Shown in pieces: positions 62,620-63,535 of a stretch of 63,535 nt of DNA. How positions within the stretch are numbered: position 1 is the stretch's first letter; each line of letters begins with the position of its first letter. Under the pieces are notes generated by a model. That model ran no database searches, was not told the origin of the DNA, and worked only from the letters and a program-made list of their open reading frames with translations. The DNA is taken from NCBI RefSeq assembly GCF_001194135.2, contig NC_068987.1:4600792-4664326 (forward strand). The letters are read 5' to 3'. The translations under genes and the position numbers were made by a program. The DNA comes from Octopus bimaculoides. Its lineage: Eukaryota.

Positions 62620-63140
62620 CCGTTATTAGGATTCTTCTATTCTTTTACTAGTTTTACTCATTGGCCTGTGGCCATGCTGGAGCATCACCTTCTGTGATAT
62701 CATGATAGGTGCTTATTTCAATCTTGGAGAGTTGCTTGATACACATGTGGTTTTAGCTTTGGTTTTGTTTCAGTCTTTAGACTGTGGCCATGCTGGTGCA
62801 CCACTGTAATGGCTTTAGTCAAGCAAACTGCACCGGAGTATTTATTTTCTAAGTCTGGTACTTATTCTATTGGTACCTTTTGCCAAAATGCTAAGTCACA
62901 GGGACATAAACAAACCAGCATTGGTTGTCAAGTAGTAGTGGGGCACAAACACCAACACACATACCCACATCCACACACACATGGGATTCCACATAGTCTC
63001 CACCTACCAAATTTACTAACAAGTAACTGGTTGGCCCAGGGCTATACTAGAAAACACTTGCCCAAAGTGCCACACAGTGGGACTGAACCTAAAAACCACA
63101 CGGTTGTAAAGCAAGCTTCTTAATCACACAGCCACGCTTA
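62620..63140 (-). mobile_element. SINE family 1
   Basis: Similarity to the other family 1 copies. Confidence 0.8.
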
Positions 63141-63535
63141 TTTAATTATTTCATAGATTTCTTCCTTTATGAAATATAAATCTTGGCAGGAGGAAACGAT
63201 GCCAAGACGAAATTACTTTTAGTCTTAAACCTGAATTAATGATGCTAAATTCACTTACAAGAATGTAAAGTTGTTTATCGAAAGAACCACAAGGTATTTT
63301 ATGAGATGCTCCACCGATTTTGCTATGCACATGCCATAGATAATGTTAATGGTTTCTGATACCACCCCAAGGCTAGAAATTTATGGAGGAGGATTATAAA
63401 CAGTTAAATTGATTATTTTCTCTGGCTTCTATGACTATAATTTAATCTCTGTTTATATATAGACAAATATTACTATTACATGTAAATAAATATATCTCTT
63501 TATATATATATACTTATATATTTACATATATATAT

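Overview
AT-rich, microsatellite-dense metazoan genomic DNA from a gapped draft assembly with 8 N-runs. The SINE and microsatellite make-up suggests an octopus or other cephalopod (inference). Most ORF-track entries are simple-repeat or N-gap artefacts. The window is spanned by part of one multi-exon minus-strand gene, with at least 11 well-supported coding exons between 62087 and 1081; the gene probably extends past both edges. These exons join in frame (phases 2-2-0 then all 0) and encode an Arg/Glu-rich, ER/K single-alpha-helix-like N-terminal half, followed by acidic and low-complexity exons with (K/R)WP(P) motifs. I could not name the gene; caldesmon-like or long molluscan troponin-I-like are unverified ideas. 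The locus also shows a candidate alternative last exon with AATAAA (18114-17952), a candidate internal first exon (ATG-TCT|GTAAGT at 14728-14723), a likely GC donor and several candidate frame-preserving microexons. Introns hold tRNA-derived SINEs, piggyBac-like and hAT-like MITEs, two HERO-like (RLE non-LTR) 3' fragments and minisatellites. The most notable find is five minimal hammerhead-ribozyme motifs from three repeat families with Penelope-like hallmarks; one family appears to carry a tRNA-like Pol III head. All calls were made by eye, with no database searches.
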